Part shown: one piece after another, positions 63,346 to 64,000 of the stretch
How the letters are laid out: each line of letters starts with the position of its first letter
How positions within the stretch are numbered: position 1 is the stretch's first letter
From: an uncultured delta proteobacterium
GTDB taxonomy: Bacteria; Myxococcota; Myxococcia; Myxococcales; Myxococcaceae
DNA length: 64,000 bases
Direction of reading: 5' to 3'
NCBI GenBank assembly: GCA_963771175.1
Contig: CAVYSY010000010.1
Location: 64,001-128,000, forward strand
The notes under the pieces: generated by a model
Told to the model about the DNA's origin: nothing
Seen by the model: only the letters and a program-made list of their open reading frames with translations
Database searches by the model: none
Program-made: the position numbers and the translations under genes

Positions 63346-64000
63346 ATGCCAAAGGATACGCTGACCATCACGGACAACCGGACCGGGAAGACGTATGAGG
63401 TCCCGATCGAGAACGGCTGCATTCGGACGAACGACCTCCGGCAGATCAAGGTCTCCGAAGAAGACTTCGGTCTGATGGGTTACGACCCGGCGTTCCTGAA
63501 CACGGCCAACTGCAAGAGCGCCATCACCTTCATCGACGGTGACAAGGGCATCCTCGAGTACCGGGGCTACCCCATCGAGCAGCTCGCGGAGAAGTCGTCC
63601 TACCTCGAGGTGGCCTACCTCCTGCTCAACGGCGAGCTGCCCACGCCCAAGCAGCTCGAGGAGTTCACCTATCTCGTGACGCACCACACGTACGTGCACG
63701 AGAACATCAAGAGCTTCATGGACGGGTTCCGCTACGACGCGCACCCCATGTCCATGCTGGCCTCCACGGTGGCCGCGCTCTCGGGCTTCTACCCCGACGC
63801 GAAGAACACCAAGGACGAGCGCAGCCGCAGCATCCAGATCACCCGGCTCATCGCCAAGATGCCGACGATCGCGGCCTTCTCGTACCGCCACACCATGGGC
63901 CTGCCCTACGTCTACCCGGACAACGAGCTGTCCTACGTGGGCAACTTCCTGGCGATGCTGAAGAAGGTCGGCACCACCACGTACAAGGTGCACCCGACGC
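63346..64000 (+). CDS. gltA: Citrate synthase, 5' part (runs off the window)
   Basis: MPKDTLTITDNRTGK, YDPAFLNTANCKSAITFIDGDKGILEYRGYPIEQL, AHPM. Confidence 0.96.
   Translation, partial: MPKDTLTITDNRTGKTYEVPIENGCIRTNDLRQIKVSEEDFGLMGYDPAFLNTANCKSAITFIDGDKGILEYRGYPIEQLAEKSSYLEVAYLLLNGELPTPKQLEEFTYLVTHHTYVHENIKSFMDGFRYDAHPMSMLASTVAALSGFYPDAKNTKDERSRSIQITRLIAKMPTIAAFSYRHTMGLPYVYPDNELSYVGNFLAMLKKVGTTTYKVHPT

Overview
GC-rich myxobacterial-type DNA (Cystobacterineae-like gene content and order; this assignment is inference). Single-base indels are frequent and break even housekeeping genes, so they are most likely long-read consensus errors. The window has four parts. (1) 1-25089 is the 3' part of a hybrid PKS-NRPS cluster: a PKS KR-ACP end; a ~15.7 kb NRPS (C-A[Dab/Dap]-T, C-A[Ser]-T, C-A[Thr]-T-E, C-A[Tyr/Phe]-T, terminal C, no TE); a cyclic-peptide ABC exporter; a GT4-like glycosyltransferase; an AspH-type hydroxylase; a Cys-rich M19-like amidohydrolase lipoprotein; a CmlA-type diiron beta-hydroxylase; and MbtH. 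(2) 25158-29709 is a minus-strand pair that the frameshifts conceal: a ~1250-aa signal-peptide protein ending in a low-GC PD-(D/E)xK nuclease-like domain, and an overlapping small gene. It is a candidate polymorphic toxin-immunity pair and the most novel element here. An orphan sbnB lies next to it. (3) 31013-48777 holds the TCA genes icd-mdh-sdhAB-sucCD-ndk, then an accessory block (methyltransferase, NTF2-like, DUF4105, Ser/Thr kinase-AAA-GAF-His kinase) and a PilT-like ATPase. (4) 48960-64000 holds divergent menFDHACE and aroF-menG-aroK-aroD/E-aroC-aroB-aroA operons, then the start of gltA. No rRNA, tRNA, CRISPR array or transposase was recognised.
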